Below, in pieces: positions 26,286 to 35,685 of a stretch of DNA of 64,000 nucleotides. The translations under genes and the position numbers were made by a program. Below the pieces are notes generated by a model that was not told the DNA's origin, did not search any database, and worked only from the letters and a program-made list of their open reading frames with translations. Within the stretch, counting starts at the first letter, position 1. Each line of letters starts with the position of its first letter. Source of the stretch: an uncultured Gammaproteobacteria bacterium (GTDB taxonomy: Bacteria > Patescibacteriota > Patescibacteriia > Magasanikbacterales > GWA2-37-8); the NCBI GenBank assembly GCA_964540825.1, contig CAZINT010000004.1, forward strand, positions 24,835 through 88,834. Reading direction: 5' to 3'.

Positions 26286-26729
26286 ATGATTTACATTGGC
26301 GCAGATCACCGCGGCCACGCCCTCAAAAAATACCTTATTCGCTACCTCGAAAAACAGCTTAAACGCGAAGTAATTGATTTTGGTGCGCTCAGTTACGATG
26401 AAAATGATGATTTCGTTGATTTTGCTGTTCCGGTTGCCAAAAAAGTTGCTGCCGAACCAGGTAGCCTTGGCATACTCCTCTGTGGTAATGGCCAGGGTAT
26501 GTGTATCGCTGCCAACAAAGTACCGGGCGTCAGGGCCATGCTTGGTCATAGCATCGAAAGCGCCGAATTTACACGTCGCGAAGACGATGCCAATATTATT
26601 TGTCTGCCGGCCCGTACCATGAGCGACGAACACGCTACCGCAATTGTCAAAACTTTTTTAGAAACTGAATTTAGCGGTGAAGAAAAAAGAGTTCGCCGTC
26701 TTAACAAAATTGCAGCACTGGAAAAATAA
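26286..26729 (+). CDS. rpiB: Ribose-5-phosphate isomerase B
   Basis: RpiB/LacAB motifs (GADHRG, CGNGQGM); 147 aa. Promoter TTGCTA-17-TATACT upstream. Confidence 0.9.
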   Translation: MIYIGADHRGHALKKYLIRYLEKQLKREVIDFGALSYDENDDFVDFAVPVAKKVAAEPGSLGILLCGNGQGMCIAANKVPGVRAMLGHSIESAEFTRREDDANIICLPARTMSDEHATAIVKTFLETEFSGEEKRVRRLNKIAALEK

Positions 26730-26730
26730 T

Positions 26731-27369
26731 ATGATTATTACTCCCGCGCTTCTCAACACTACCTTTGAAGACTTTGCCCGTGATGTCAAAAAAGTTGAAG
26801 GACTTTTTTCGTACGCTCAAATCGATGTCATGGACGGCGCGTTTGTACCAAATACGTCTTTTACCGAGATTGATAAAATTAATACTCTCGAATCATCGCT
26901 CAAATGGGAATTACACCTCATGGTAGCGCATCCACTCGCTGAACTTTCCAAATGGCCTAACGTTACAAATGTTTTCCGTATTATTTTTCACGCAGAATCA
27001 AGTGACGACCCCGCATCGGTGGTTGCTTGGGCACGAGAAAGACGGCTCGAAATTGGTGTAGCGCTTAACCCGGAAACACCGCTTGAAAAAATAAATAACT
27101 ACAAAGAACAATTGAATGTTGTGCAATTCATGACCGTGCACCCGGGTCACCAAGGTAATCCATTTTTACCCGAAGTACTCGAAAAAATAAAAGCATTTAC
27201 GAATGTAGCTGATCGCGCGTTTTGTTCAGTCGACGGTGGTGTGAGCAGTGCAAATATCGCCTTGCTCCAAAAAGCCGGAGTAGATATTGCGAATGTTGGT
27301 AGCACGCTCCTAAAGAGTACTGACATACAGAGCACTTATACAACACTAGAAAGTCTTATTAAGAAATGA
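26731..27369 (+). CDS. rpe: Ribulose-phosphate 3-epimerase-like
   Basis: IDVMDGAFVPN motif and the TIM-barrel pattern. Confidence 0.75.
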   Translation: MIITPALLNTTFEDFARDVKKVEGLFSYAQIDVMDGAFVPNTSFTEIDKINTLESSLKWELHLMVAHPLAELSKWPNVTNVFRIIFHAESSDDPASVVAWARERRLEIGVALNPETPLEKINNYKEQLNVVQFMTVHPGHQGNPFLPEVLEKIKAFTNVADRAFCSVDGGVSSANIALLQKAGVDIANVGSTLLKSTDIQSTYTTLESLIKK

Positions 27370-27382
27370 TTATAAATCCAGT

Positions 27383-28333
27383 ATGCTTGATCTCGTTATC
27401 ATCGGAGGAGCCGCTGTTGGCTGCAGCGCTGCTGTCTACGCCGCCCGCCGCAAACTCAACTTTGTCATGATCACCGAAAATATCGGCGGTGAAGTCGCGC
27501 TCTCGGGAGCCGTGGGTAATTGGCCGGGTATTATTGATATTCAGGGCTTTGAGCTCGCTAATAAATTTGCCGAACATGCCCGCAGTTACGGCGTAAACAT
27601 CGAAGAAGGCTGGACTGTGACGTCGATTGTACCTACTAAAAATTACCACGTTATTACTGCCACCAAGGCTAACGGCGAAACTCGCACGATCGAAACTAAA
27701 TCAGTTATCATCGGCACCGGGATTCATCCTCGTCGCCTGGGCGTCCCTGGTGAAGACATCTTTGATCATAAAGGTGTTACCTACTGCACCGTTTGTGATG
27801 GCCCTATTTTTAAAAATAAAATTACAGCTACCCTCGGTGGCGGCAATAGCGGCCTCGAATCCGCGCTCATGATGGCGGGTATTGCTAAACAAGTCTATCT
27901 TTTAACTAAATACCCAAACACCCCCGAACATGCCGGCGGCTTTCCAAAAGGCGAAGCCATCTTGGTTGACAAGCTGAAAGCACTGCCAAATGTTGAAATA
28001 CTGTACGAAGCAATTACGACTGAAATTACCGGCGAACAAAAAGTAAACGGTCTTGTCTATAAAACCCCGACAGGCGAAACAAAATCACTTGCGCTCGATG
28101 CCGTCATGGTGCATATCGGCATGATCCCTAATTCTAAATTTGTTAAAGACGTTGTTGCGCTCGACAAGCAGGGCCAGATCATCGCCGACACTAAATGCCG
28201 CACCAACGTACCTGGTATCTTTGCAGCCGGCGATGTGACCGATATTCCGTACAAACAAATCGGCATCGCTGCCGGACAAGGTATTGTCGCCGCGCTGGCC
28301 GCGATTGAATATGTTAATCTTTGGAAAGAATAG
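27383..28333 (+). CDS. trxB: Thioredoxin reductase-like FAD/NAD(P)H disulfide oxidoreductase
   Basis: GGxAxGCSAA FAD motif, redox CTVCDG motif, and GGGNSG. Confidence 0.8.
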   Translation: MLDLVIIGGAAVGCSAAVYAARRKLNFVMITENIGGEVALSGAVGNWPGIIDIQGFELANKFAEHARSYGVNIEEGWTVTSIVPTKNYHVITATKANGETRTIETKSVIIGTGIHPRRLGVPGEDIFDHKGVTYCTVCDGPIFKNKITATLGGGNSGLESALMMAGIAKQVYLLTKYPNTPEHAGGFPKGEAILVDKLKALPNVEILYEAITTEITGEQKVNGLVYKTPTGETKSLALDAVMVHIGMIPNSKFVKDVVALDKQGQIIADTKCRTNVPGIFAAGDVTDIPYKQIGIAAGQGIVAALAAIEYVNLWKE

Positions 28334-28560
28334 GTATGCTCTTGGTCTGTAGAATTTTTGCCAGCATGGGACTTATCTTTATATCCTATGCTGTACTGGT
28401 CAAAAGGGCACGCCTCCGCAATGAATTGTTTGTCCTCGGTGGCATTTTTCTCCTTATCTACAGCATCCACTTGCGCGACCCGATCTTTATTCCACTCCAA
28501 ATTATTTTTATTCTTTCCAGCCTCTACGAAATATACATTTTACGTAGAGTTAAAAAATAA
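28321..28560 (+). CDS. Small membrane protein (paralogue a)
   Basis: Two or three transmembrane helices. It shares a pattern with the next ORF (SY.V......G......Y.I...........S..E). Confidence 0.35.
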   Translation: MERIGMLLVCRIFASMGLIFISYAVLVKRARLRNELFVLGGIFLLIYSIHLRDPIFIPLQIIFILSSLYEIYILRRVKK

Positions 28561-28569
28561 CTTTTTTGT

Positions 28570-28914
28570 ATGAACTATCTTCTCTCAATCGTTCCAGACT
28601 TTTCGGCCTGGACACTTCCGCAGATCCTTGTCTACGTTGTCGGTTTTGTTGGAACAATCCTCCTCAGTTATTCCGTTTTTCTTGAAGAAGAGCGCCGTCA
28701 AGATTTAATCTGCATGGTTGGGGCTGTCGCCATGATCCCCTACTGTATCTGGATTGGTAATTTGTTATTTCTCATTACTATGGCCGGCATTGCGATAACG
28801 AGTGCGATTGAGTTTGTTGAAATTGTAACCGGCAAACATCCTAATCTCGGAGCGGAAATGAGTGAAAAAGTTAAAGATCCCAAAGGGAAAATCTACGAAA
28901 TACATACTAAATAA
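28570..28914 (+). CDS. Small membrane protein (paralogue b)
   Basis: 114 aa, three transmembrane helices, similar to the preceding ORF. Confidence 0.4.
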   Translation: MNYLLSIVPDFSAWTLPQILVYVVGFVGTILLSYSVFLEEERRQDLICMVGAVAMIPYCIWIGNLLFLITMAGIAITSAIEFVEIVTGKHPNLGAEMSEKVKDPKGKIYEIHTK

Positions 28915-28916
28915 GT

Positions 28917-29903
28917 ATGTTTAATCTTATCGCCATCGGCGACCCCTTGGTTGACACTCACGTACAGATCGACGCTTTGTGCGAATCATGTCAGGTAGTG
29001 TCGGGGCACCGTGATCAACTCTGTTTTAACTACGGGGAAAAAATTCCTATTGTTGATAGTTTTCAGTCGCTTGGAGGAAATGCGCCTAACGTTGCAGCCG
29101 GGGCAGTGAAACTTGGCCTTACGAGCACGCTTCTAACCACTATTGGCGCTGACGCGTATGGACGCCTCGTCATCCAGGAGCTTAAAAAACAACATGTTGA
29201 TACCAGTTTTGTTAGTAAAGACAAAAATCACAAAACACGCTACTCAATTGTTTTAAATTACAAAAAGGAACGCACGATTCTTTCATATTCAGAAGAAAAA
29301 AAGTATCGCTGGCCAACCAGCGCACCCGAAGCTGACTGGATATATTACACCGGGCTTTCCAAGGGTTTTGAACCAATTCAAGAAAAACTTTTAAAACATC
29401 TCAAAAAGCATCCCACTACTCGCTTAGCCGTAAACCCGGGCTCCTATATTTTAAAATACGCCACTGCCAAACTCCGAGAAGTGCTTCCGTTTACCGATGT
29501 TTTAATCGTGAACTTAGAAGAAGCAGAAAAGATCGTACTCACAACTCTTGAAAAAGAAAAAACCATAGCGCAACAACTTAAAAAACTCCTTGCAACCGGC
29601 GCCAAAGAAGTAATTATCACCGATGGCGCCAACGGCGCGTTTGCCGGCACGCAGGAAAAACTCTGGAGCATGCCAGCCTATCCTGTCGAAGTACTTTCTA
29701 AAACCGGGGCAGGCGATGCTTTCTCATCCGGTTATCTGGCCGCCCGCTTTTACAGCCACACCATTCCCGAAGCTTTAACGTGGGCTACTGCCAACAGTAC
29801 CAGCGTTATTCAAGCCCATGGGCCGCACGAAGGACTCCTCGACAAAGAACACCTGCTTGAAGTTGTGCGAAAATTTGCGGCTATTATTCCACAGGAACTC
29901 TAA
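28917..29903 (+). CDS. PfkB-family carbohydrate/nucleoside kinase
   Basis: N-terminal GG motif and C-terminal GAGDAF anion-hole motif. Confidence 0.8.
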   Translation: MFNLIAIGDPLVDTHVQIDALCESCQVVSGHRDQLCFNYGEKIPIVDSFQSLGGNAPNVAAGAVKLGLTSTLLTTIGADAYGRLVIQELKKQHVDTSFVSKDKNHKTRYSIVLNYKKERTILSYSEEKKYRWPTSAPEADWIYYTGLSKGFEPIQEKLLKHLKKHPTTRLAVNPGSYILKYATAKLREVLPFTDVLIVNLEEAEKIVLTTLEKEKTIAQQLKKLLATGAKEVIITDGANGAFAGTQEKLWSMPAYPVEVLSKTGAGDAFSSGYLAARFYSHTIPEALTWATANSTSVIQAHGPHEGLLDKEHLLEVVRKFAAIIPQEL

Positions 29904-29927
29904 GCCAATTCTTCACTAAAAACACGT

Positions 29928-30515
29928 ATGTCTCCGGCCGAACAATCGGACCTCGTTCTCGCTTGTCACCAGGGTAACACCGAAGCCTTTGGCAAACTCT
30001 ATGAACAATTCATAGAGCCAATTTATAATTTCATTTATTATAAAACGCATCACAAAGAAACCGCCGAAGATCTTACAAGCCAAACTTTTTTTAAAGCCTA
30101 TGATTCAATTAAAAAATGTGACCCCGCGCAGGGGACGTTTTCAAGCTGGATCTACCGCATCGCCCGTAACTCCATAATCGATCACTATCGCACCCAAAAA
30201 CAACACAGCGATATTGAAGATGCATTTGACCTCTCTGACGGTAAAAATGGTGAAAGTGATGTTCACAACCGTATTGAACTCACTAAAGTCACCACCTATT
30301 TACAGGGCCTTTCCAGCGAACAACGTGATATCATTATCCTCCGGCTCTGGCAAGAGCTCAGTTTTGCGGAAATTGCCGCCATTATGAACAAAAGCGAAGC
30401 AAGCTGCAAAATGAGCCTCAAGCGCACACTTGAAAAACTTCGCAGCGACCTCGGAAATGAAGCACTGTTACTTTTAGCCGGGCTATTCGTAGTACATAGT
30501 ATATGGACCATATAA
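29928..30515 (+). CDS. ECF-type sigma-70 family sigma factor
   Basis: Region 2 (FIYYKTHHKETAEDLTSQTFFKAY) and region 4 HTH (LSFAEIAAIMNKSEASCKMSLKR). Confidence 0.85.
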   Translation: MSPAEQSDLVLACHQGNTEAFGKLYEQFIEPIYNFIYYKTHHKETAEDLTSQTFFKAYDSIKKCDPAQGTFSSWIYRIARNSIIDHYRTQKQHSDIEDAFDLSDGKNGESDVHNRIELTKVTTYLQGLSSEQRDIIILRLWQELSFAEIAAIMNKSEASCKMSLKRTLEKLRSDLGNEALLLLAGLFVVHSIWTI

Positions 30516-32095
30516 ATAAAACACTTGAAGAACTCTATCGCCTGGACCCGGAGCTCAAGAAGCATGAAACCATGCTTAAAAGCACCCTTGGCAAGATACT
30601 GGAAAGTAAACCGGCCACTGGTTTTGATCCAGCTTTTGCCCGGCGTCTTAAAGCCGAGCTTGCCGAGCGAGCGACCAATTCTTCACGTCCTGGATTTATT
30701 ACTAACCTTACTACTATGCTCCGCCTCAACAAAATGGCGCTTATGGGTGGTGTGGCCGGCGTTTTGGCCCTTGCCCTCGTGATAACCAACATTCCCTTTC
30801 ACCGCAACCCGTCTCTGGCGTTTGCCTATGAAATTACTCCTGTCGGCAAAATGGCCTTTGGCTCGCTGGCCGGAACGCAAAACGGTGCCCGAGAAGTGGC
30901 TGCTCCTACGGACGCCGCAGCCTCACCTGCCCCGATGATGACTGCCAGCGGCATGGGTGGCGGCACGACTGCTGCGGTAGCACCGACACTTGATAAGCGC
31001 GTCGCCAACTCCAGCATGATAGTCGCACCAGATATGTACCGACCAATCACGTACCGCTATGCCGGTAACGAACTGCCAGCACTTTCCAGCGACCAACTCG
31101 AAGTTTTCAAACGCCTCAAACCAAGCGCCGGAATAAGCATTAACGATCTCGGCGGACTTTCCAACGACCTCGTCAATCTCGGCAGCTTCTCAAACGCCTC
31201 CGCTCGTAACATCGAAATTGTTGAAGATAAAGACAAAGGTTATATTATTAATTTTAGCCTTACCGAAGGAGTGGTTTCCATTTCCCAAAATTGGGAAAAA
31301 TGGAATACCTGCCCGAACGGTATCTGCCCGGAACTTGCCCCACTCACCCAGGCTGATGTACCAAACGACGAAAGTCTCATTGCTATTGCGAATAACTTCC
31401 TTACACGTCATGGCATTTCAACCGAAGGCTACGCTGCTCCACAAGTAGAAGCGCAGCCTCGCTACTACCTCATGGACGCTCGCCCAGCCGCTGAATCTGC
31501 AACATATGTTCCTGAAACCATGAACGTTGTCTACCCGCTTACCTTAAAAGGTCAGACGGTATACGAAATGGGCAGTAGCCCCATCGGCATCCGTGTTTCA
31601 ATTAATATTCGCGATAAGCAGGTAACCGGCGCCTGGGATATTCGCAGCAACCAATACCAGAGCTCGCTCTACGATGTTGAAACCGACACCGCTCGCCTCA
31701 TTCGCATCGCCGAACAAGGTGGTAATTTATACGGATCATCCCCTACCCCTGAAAACGCTATCACCCTTGACCTTGGCACACCAACGATTGGCCTCGCCCG
31801 CACCTGGCACCCAATTAACAACGGTATGAACCAGGAAGAGCTTTTCGTTCCGGTCTACATCTTCCCTGTTAAACCACTGAGTGACGAAACCGCCAAACTC
31901 TTACCTTCATATTACTACCAATCAACCAGCATCATGGTTCCGCTCGTCAAAGAACTTTTGGTTGATGCCGATAAACCACTGCCAACACCACAGCCAATTC
32001 CAATGGACGCTATGATCAAAACTAATAGCGCAAGTCCGGTTTCAAACCCTCCAGCAGCTATGACCGAACCAGCTATTGCCCCAGTAAAGAGATAA
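30503..32095 (+). CDS. Putative anti-sigma factor: single-pass membrane protein with a large extracytoplasmic domain
   Basis: Overlaps the sigma gene by 13 nt. About 95 cytoplasmic residues, one transmembrane helix, then a domain of about 410 aa. Confidence 0.5.
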   Translation: MDHINKTLEELYRLDPELKKHETMLKSTLGKILESKPATGFDPAFARRLKAELAERATNSSRPGFITNLTTMLRLNKMALMGGVAGVLALALVITNIPFHRNPSLAFAYEITPVGKMAFGSLAGTQNGAREVAAPTDAAASPAPMMTASGMGGGTTAAVAPTLDKRVANSSMIVAPDMYRPITYRYAGNELPALSSDQLEVFKRLKPSAGISINDLGGLSNDLVNLGSFSNASARNIEIVEDKDKGYIINFSLTEGVVSISQNWEKWNTCPNGICPELAPLTQADVPNDESLIAIANNFLTRHGISTEGYAAPQVEAQPRYYLMDARPAAESATYVPETMNVVYPLTLKGQTVYEMGSSPIGIRVSINIRDKQVTGAWDIRSNQYQSSLYDVETDTARLIRIAEQGGNLYGSSPTPENAITLDLGTPTIGLARTWHPINNGMNQEELFVPVYIFPVKPLSDETAKLLPSYYYQSTSIMVPLVKELLVDADKPLPTPQPIPMDAMIKTNSASPVSNPPAAMTEPAIAPVKR

Positions 32096-32097
32096 GC

Positions 32098-32131
32098 TAA
32101 AAAAATCCTACCCAACAGGTAGGATTTTTTA
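32098..32131. terminator. Bidirectional rho-independent terminator
   Basis: A-run, atcctac-ccaaca-ggtaggat, T-run. Confidence 0.8.
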
Positions 32132-32143
32132 GTACTCCTAAAG

Positions 32144-32866
32144 CTACTCACTGAAAAAATCAAATTCACCGGGTATATTTATACCGCGCAAGCGATTCAA
32201 GTCTTGCTTACGCCCCTCAAAAAAATCAATCGACTGAAACACCGCTTCATAATCAAGCTCTGGCCCAAGTAAACAGAGGCCATATTCAAACCCCTTTACT
32301 TTCGAACGAATTTCATTCGCGAGTGTCGGGTGGTCTTGTTCTTTATCAGCCAGTTCTCGGAGTGTATCTAAATTTTTTTCAATTTTTTCAAGGAGGTCGG
32401 TAAATTCTTGTACGCGCCTTAGGTATTTATTTTTGTGCAGTCCTTGGACTTCTTGCGAAGCGTATTTGTCCAGGTCCTGCTGCAAGTCAACAAGGCGAAC
32501 GCTTAATTCTTGACGCTCTTCGGTTGTAAAATAATCCGCTGGCCGGCCCGAATGCAGGTCGCGGAGTGTTCCGCCGTAGTGTTTAAAATCCAAGTACTTT
32601 TTGTGCAGCTCGGGTGACAGACGGGGAAGTAAAAAATGCTCGCCCACCGCATTCTCGGCTGATACTAGAAACTCTTTATACGCCTGGTTCCAGGGCCACA
32701 GCTCATACCCAAACTCAATCATTGTATCTTCCACCTCATCAAGCGTCATTGTTTGGTCATTTTTGAGATGATCAAGTGCATGGGCCATTTTTTGTTTTTT
32801 TTCAGCCGGAAAGAGCGGTGGAATATTTTTATAAAGGTGTTGAAAAAGTTCAACGGTTGATTGCAT
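32144..32866 (-). CDS. Hypothetical cytoplasmic protein
   Basis: 240-aa ORF with no recognised motif. Confidence 0.45.
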   Translation of the reverse strand: MQSTVELFQHLYKNIPPLFPAEKKQKMAHALDHLKNDQTMTLDEVEDTMIEFGYELWPWNQAYKEFLVSAENAVGEHFLLPRLSPELHKKYLDFKHYGGTLRDLHSGRPADYFTTEERQELSVRLVDLQQDLDKYASQEVQGLHKNKYLRRVQEFTDLLEKIEKNLDTLRELADKEQDHPTLANEIRSKVKGFEYGLCLLGPELDYEAVFQSIDFFEGRKQDLNRLRGINIPGEFDFFSE

Positions 32867-32875
32867 ACTTTATAA

Positions 32876-32912
32876 CTCAAAAGTCAAATATAAAAAGTCA
32901 AAACTGAAACTG
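32876..32912. repeat. Left inverted-repeat module flanking the four-helix-bundle gene
   Basis: caaaagtcaaat / aaaaagtcaaaact units. Their reverse complement (aaagtcaaaact, caaatgtcaaat) occurs at 33271-33320. Confidence 0.55.
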
Positions 32913-32918
32913 CACAAC

Positions 32919-33302
32919 TTAAAACTTTTTATTTTTTAAGGTGATAATGCTTGCACCGAGCATCCTTGAGATTTCCTCAGCCTCTAGCAAAAGAGCCCTT
33001 GCGGCTGGTTTATCCGCATCGGTTGCATCACGTAATAGACCTAGCCAATACTTAGTCTCATTGGCAGATTTTAGTGCAATCTCATAGAATTTAATAAAAT
33101 CTTTTCGTGAGGAAGCAGACTTACCTTCAATAATATTAGCTCCAACCGAAGTTGCTGAACGCATTAATTGATCGGAAATTGTCCAATACACTTTTTTCTC
33201 CGGAAGCGTTGTTAAAAATCTAATAACCTTAATTGAAAAATAATAGCAGCGTACTTTTAAATCAGTTTTCGGGTTTTGAGTTATTGTTTTGAGATTTGAC
33301 AT
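32919..33302 (-). CDS. Four-helix-bundle protein (23S rRNA intervening-sequence protein family)
   Basis: 128 aa; family hallmarks (...RSATSVGANIIEG...KFYEIALKSANETKYWL...). Start at ATG 33302, so it overlaps the last 41 nt of the SpoU gene. Confidence 0.65.
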   Translation of the reverse strand: MSNLKTITQNPKTDLKVRCYYFSIKVIRFLTTLPEKKVYWTISDQLMRSATSVGANIIEGKSASSRKDFIKFYEIALKSANETKYWLGLLRDATDADKPAARALLLEAEEISRMLGASIITLKNKKF

Positions 33303-33765
33303 TTGAGTTTTGACTTTCGGCAATACGATACATCGCGACTCCGGCCGCAACACTGACATTCAAACTATTCTTCTTGCCTCGCATCGGAATCTCAAGTGTC
33401 GCATCACAATACTTGAGTAAATTTGCAGTTAAACCGGTTTTTTCGTTTCCTACCACTAGAACAAGTGGAAACTTCGGTTCGTATGAGTATATACTAACAC
33501 TCTTTTTCGTTTGCTCCAAACCAACGATTGTATAGCCTTGGTTTTTGAGTTTTTTGAGCAGCGTTCCAGTTTGCTTAGCATATTCCCACGGCACAAACTT
33601 TTCGGCGCCGAGTGATACTTTGTCGACCTGGGGATGCGGCGGGCACGGAGAATAGCCGGTTAGATAAATTTTACCTACACCAGCGCCGTCGGCCGTGCGA
33701 AACATCGCGCCAACGTTGTGGCCGCTACGGATATTGGGAATGACAAGAATAAATTGAGGAAGCAC
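33262..33765 (-). CDS. SpoU/TrmH-family RNA 2'-O-methyltransferase
   Basis: SPOUT motifs (NVGAMFRTADGAGV, LVVGNEKTGL, LNVSVAAGVAMY). The low-complexity C-terminal tail is encoded by repeat DNA. Confidence 0.8.
   Translation of the reverse strand: MLPQFILVIPNIRSGHNVGAMFRTADGAGVGKIYLTGYSPCPPHPQVDKVSLGAEKFVPWEYAKQTGTLLKKLKNQGYTIVGLEQTKKSVSIYSYEPKFPLVLVVGNEKTGLTANLLKYCDATLEIPMRGKKNSLNVSVAAGVAMYRIAESQNSNVKSQNNNSKPEN
33271..33320. repeat. Right inverted-repeat module flanking the four-helix-bundle gene
   Basis: gagttttgactttcgg and ttgagatttgacatttgag, inverted relative to 32876-32912. This sequence also encodes the QNSNVKSQNNNSKPEN tail of the SpoU protein. Confidence 0.55.
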
Positions 33766-33771
33766 AAATAT

Positions 33772-33830
33772 AGTACTAAGTTTGTAAGTAGTAAGTTCGT
33801 AAGTTTTACGTACCTACTTACTACTTAGGA
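33772..33830. repeat. Palindromic element, copy C (divergent relative of copies A and B)
   Basis: 11-bp perfect inverted repeat aagtagtaagt / acttactactt around a 19-nt loop. It shares agtactaag, agtaagt and tacttact with copies A and B. Confidence 0.6.
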
Positions 33831-33846
33831 ACCTATAGTCTTGCCG

Positions 33847-34341
33847 CTATTTTAACCGCTGCATCCAAAGTGTCTGCCCGGCGCATAGCGCAATAGCGAG
33901 CGCGTCTGCCGCATCATCAGACTTAATCGGGTTTTTCATACCTAAAATTGTCTGCACCATGCGCTGCATCTGGCCTTTTTCCGCCCGACCATAGCCGGTC
34001 ATGGCCTGCTTTACTTCAAGCGGCGTAAATTCATCCACCGGCAGACCGTTTTCAATCGCGGTTAAAAGTATCACCCCGCGTGCTTGGGCTACCTGCATGG
34101 CAGTCGTCACATTTTTGAAGAAAAATAATTCTTCTACGGCCATACGGGATGGCCTGAACTCTTTGATCATCTTTTGAAGTTCACGATGGATTTCGGCAAG
34201 CCGATCCAAAAAGGCTGTCTTAGCATCCGTTTCAATACAGCCATACTCAAGACAGCGCCATTCACTGCCGTGCTGTTCGACGATTCCATATCCCATCCGA
34301 CCAAAACCGGGATCTATTCCCAAAATACGTCCTGCTTGCAT
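33847..34341 (-). CDS. ruvC: Holliday junction resolvase RuvC
   Basis: ILGIDPG start, catalytic acidic residues, and the C-terminal DDAADALAIAL. Confidence 0.9.
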   Translation of the reverse strand: MQAGRILGIDPGFGRMGYGIVEQHGSEWRCLEYGCIETDAKTAFLDRLAEIHRELQKMIKEFRPSRMAVEELFFFKNVTTAMQVAQARGVILLTAIENGLPVDEFTPLEVKQAMTGYGRAEKGQMQRMVQTILGMKNPIKSDDAADALAIALCAGQTLWMQRLK

Positions 34342-34367
34342 ACAAAAATATTACTACTCAACCACTC

Positions 34368-34961
34368 CTAAGCAACGATCTTTTTCATATCGGCATATAT
34401 CGCTTCAATCGCTGCCGACACTTGATCGGCCGCTGAAGCCAAAAAGGTAGCTTTTTCATCAACCAGCGTGCGATGGCTGTTTGAGAGACTATTTGCCAGC
34501 TGCCGCGCATCAAGCAGCCTGCTTAGCACCACAAGCCCAGTTTCATCTTCTAATTTTGCTTGAATGTAGCGAATCATTTCTTGTTCAACAGCTATTTTTT
34601 TAAGCATGCTGCTGCAGACTGCAATATCACGCCGCACACCGCTCACCTGAGTGGTTTCTTCATAGGTAAGACGGGGTGTACCGCTCTCACTAAGTTCTTT
34701 ACCGGCAAGGAGTTCCTGTTCTTGGCGTCGTTTTTCGTCAATTGCTGCCCGAACCTTGGTTTCGAATTCACTTAAAAGCACTCCTACTTTTTGGATAAAG
34801 GGCACTAATTCTTTTTTAACTATCTTTTCCTTCAGTATCGATTCTTCGCGAATCTCATGATCTTGTTTCCAAAAATCTTCCTTGCTTTGCGGCTTAGGAA
34901 TTGCAGACATAGGGGCTGTTGGAGACGCTTCGATACGGCGACGGTCTTCTTGATTATACAT
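34368..34961 (-). CDS. Hypothetical coiled-coil protein
   Basis: 197-aa ORF rich in charged, helical-looking sequence. Confidence 0.45.
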   Translation of the reverse strand: MYNQEDRRRIEASPTAPMSAIPKPQSKEDFWKQDHEIREESILKEKIVKKELVPFIQKVGVLLSEFETKVRAAIDEKRRQEQELLAGKELSESGTPRLTYEETTQVSGVRRDIAVCSSMLKKIAVEQEMIRYIQAKLEDETGLVVLSRLLDARQLANSLSNSHRTLVDEKATFLASAADQVSAAIEAIYADMKKIVA

Positions 34962-34964
34962 ACA

Positions 34965-35684
34965 CTACTCTGCATTAGTGAAATAATTTTCAACGTCATC
35001 GTGTTCTTCAAGCTCACCAAAAAGTCCTTGCAATTTTCCACCGGTTTCTTCATCAACGGCAACTGTATCTTTAGCAATCCATTCAATGCCTGAACGCAAG
35101 GGTTCAATACTTAATTCTTTAAGCTTATTCAACACTTTCTGTAAATTTTCTACTTTGGTTTTTACTAAAATTCCTTCGTCATCGTCTTGAATATCTTCGG
35201 CTCCCGCTTCGATGAGTGCAAGCTCTAATTCAAGGCGTCCATTTTCTAAATACTGTTTTCCAATCACAATCGTGCCCCATTCGCCGAACATCCACTGCAC
35301 ACTCCCCGCTCCACCCATGTTCCCGCCATATTTAGAAAAAATATGTTTCATGTCCGGCGCGGTTCGATTTTTATTATCAGTCACCGCTTTTACCATAATA
35401 GCCACTCCGCCCGGACCAAAGCCTTCATACAAAAGTTCCTCCATACGCCCACCTTCAAGCTCTCCTGTACCGCGCTTGATAGCGCGATCAATATTGTCTT
35501 TGGGCATACTTACTTCTTTGGCTTTTTCAATTGCCAGGCGTAGCGAAAAGTTTGTTTGCGGGTCACCACCTTTTTGCGCTGCAATAGTGATACCTTTGGC
35601 AAGTTTCGTAAACATGTTACTACGCACTGCGTCTTGCTTGCCTTTGCGACCCTGGATATTGTGCCATTTGGAATGTCCGGACAT
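34965..35684 (-). CDS. yebC: YebC/PmpR-family DNA-binding regulator
   Basis: MSGHSKWHNIQ...; the family is typically linked to ruvC. Confidence 0.9.
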   Translation of the reverse strand: MSGHSKWHNIQGRKGKQDAVRSNMFTKLAKGITIAAQKGGDPQTNFSLRLAIEKAKEVSMPKDNIDRAIKRGTGELEGGRMEELLYEGFGPGGVAIMVKAVTDNKNRTAPDMKHIFSKYGGNMGGAGSVQWMFGEWGTIVIGKQYLENGRLELELALIEAGAEDIQDDDEGILVKTKVENLQKVLNKLKELSIEPLRSGIEWIAKDTVAVDEETGGKLQGLFGELEEHDDVENYFTNAE

Positions 35685-35685
35685 A

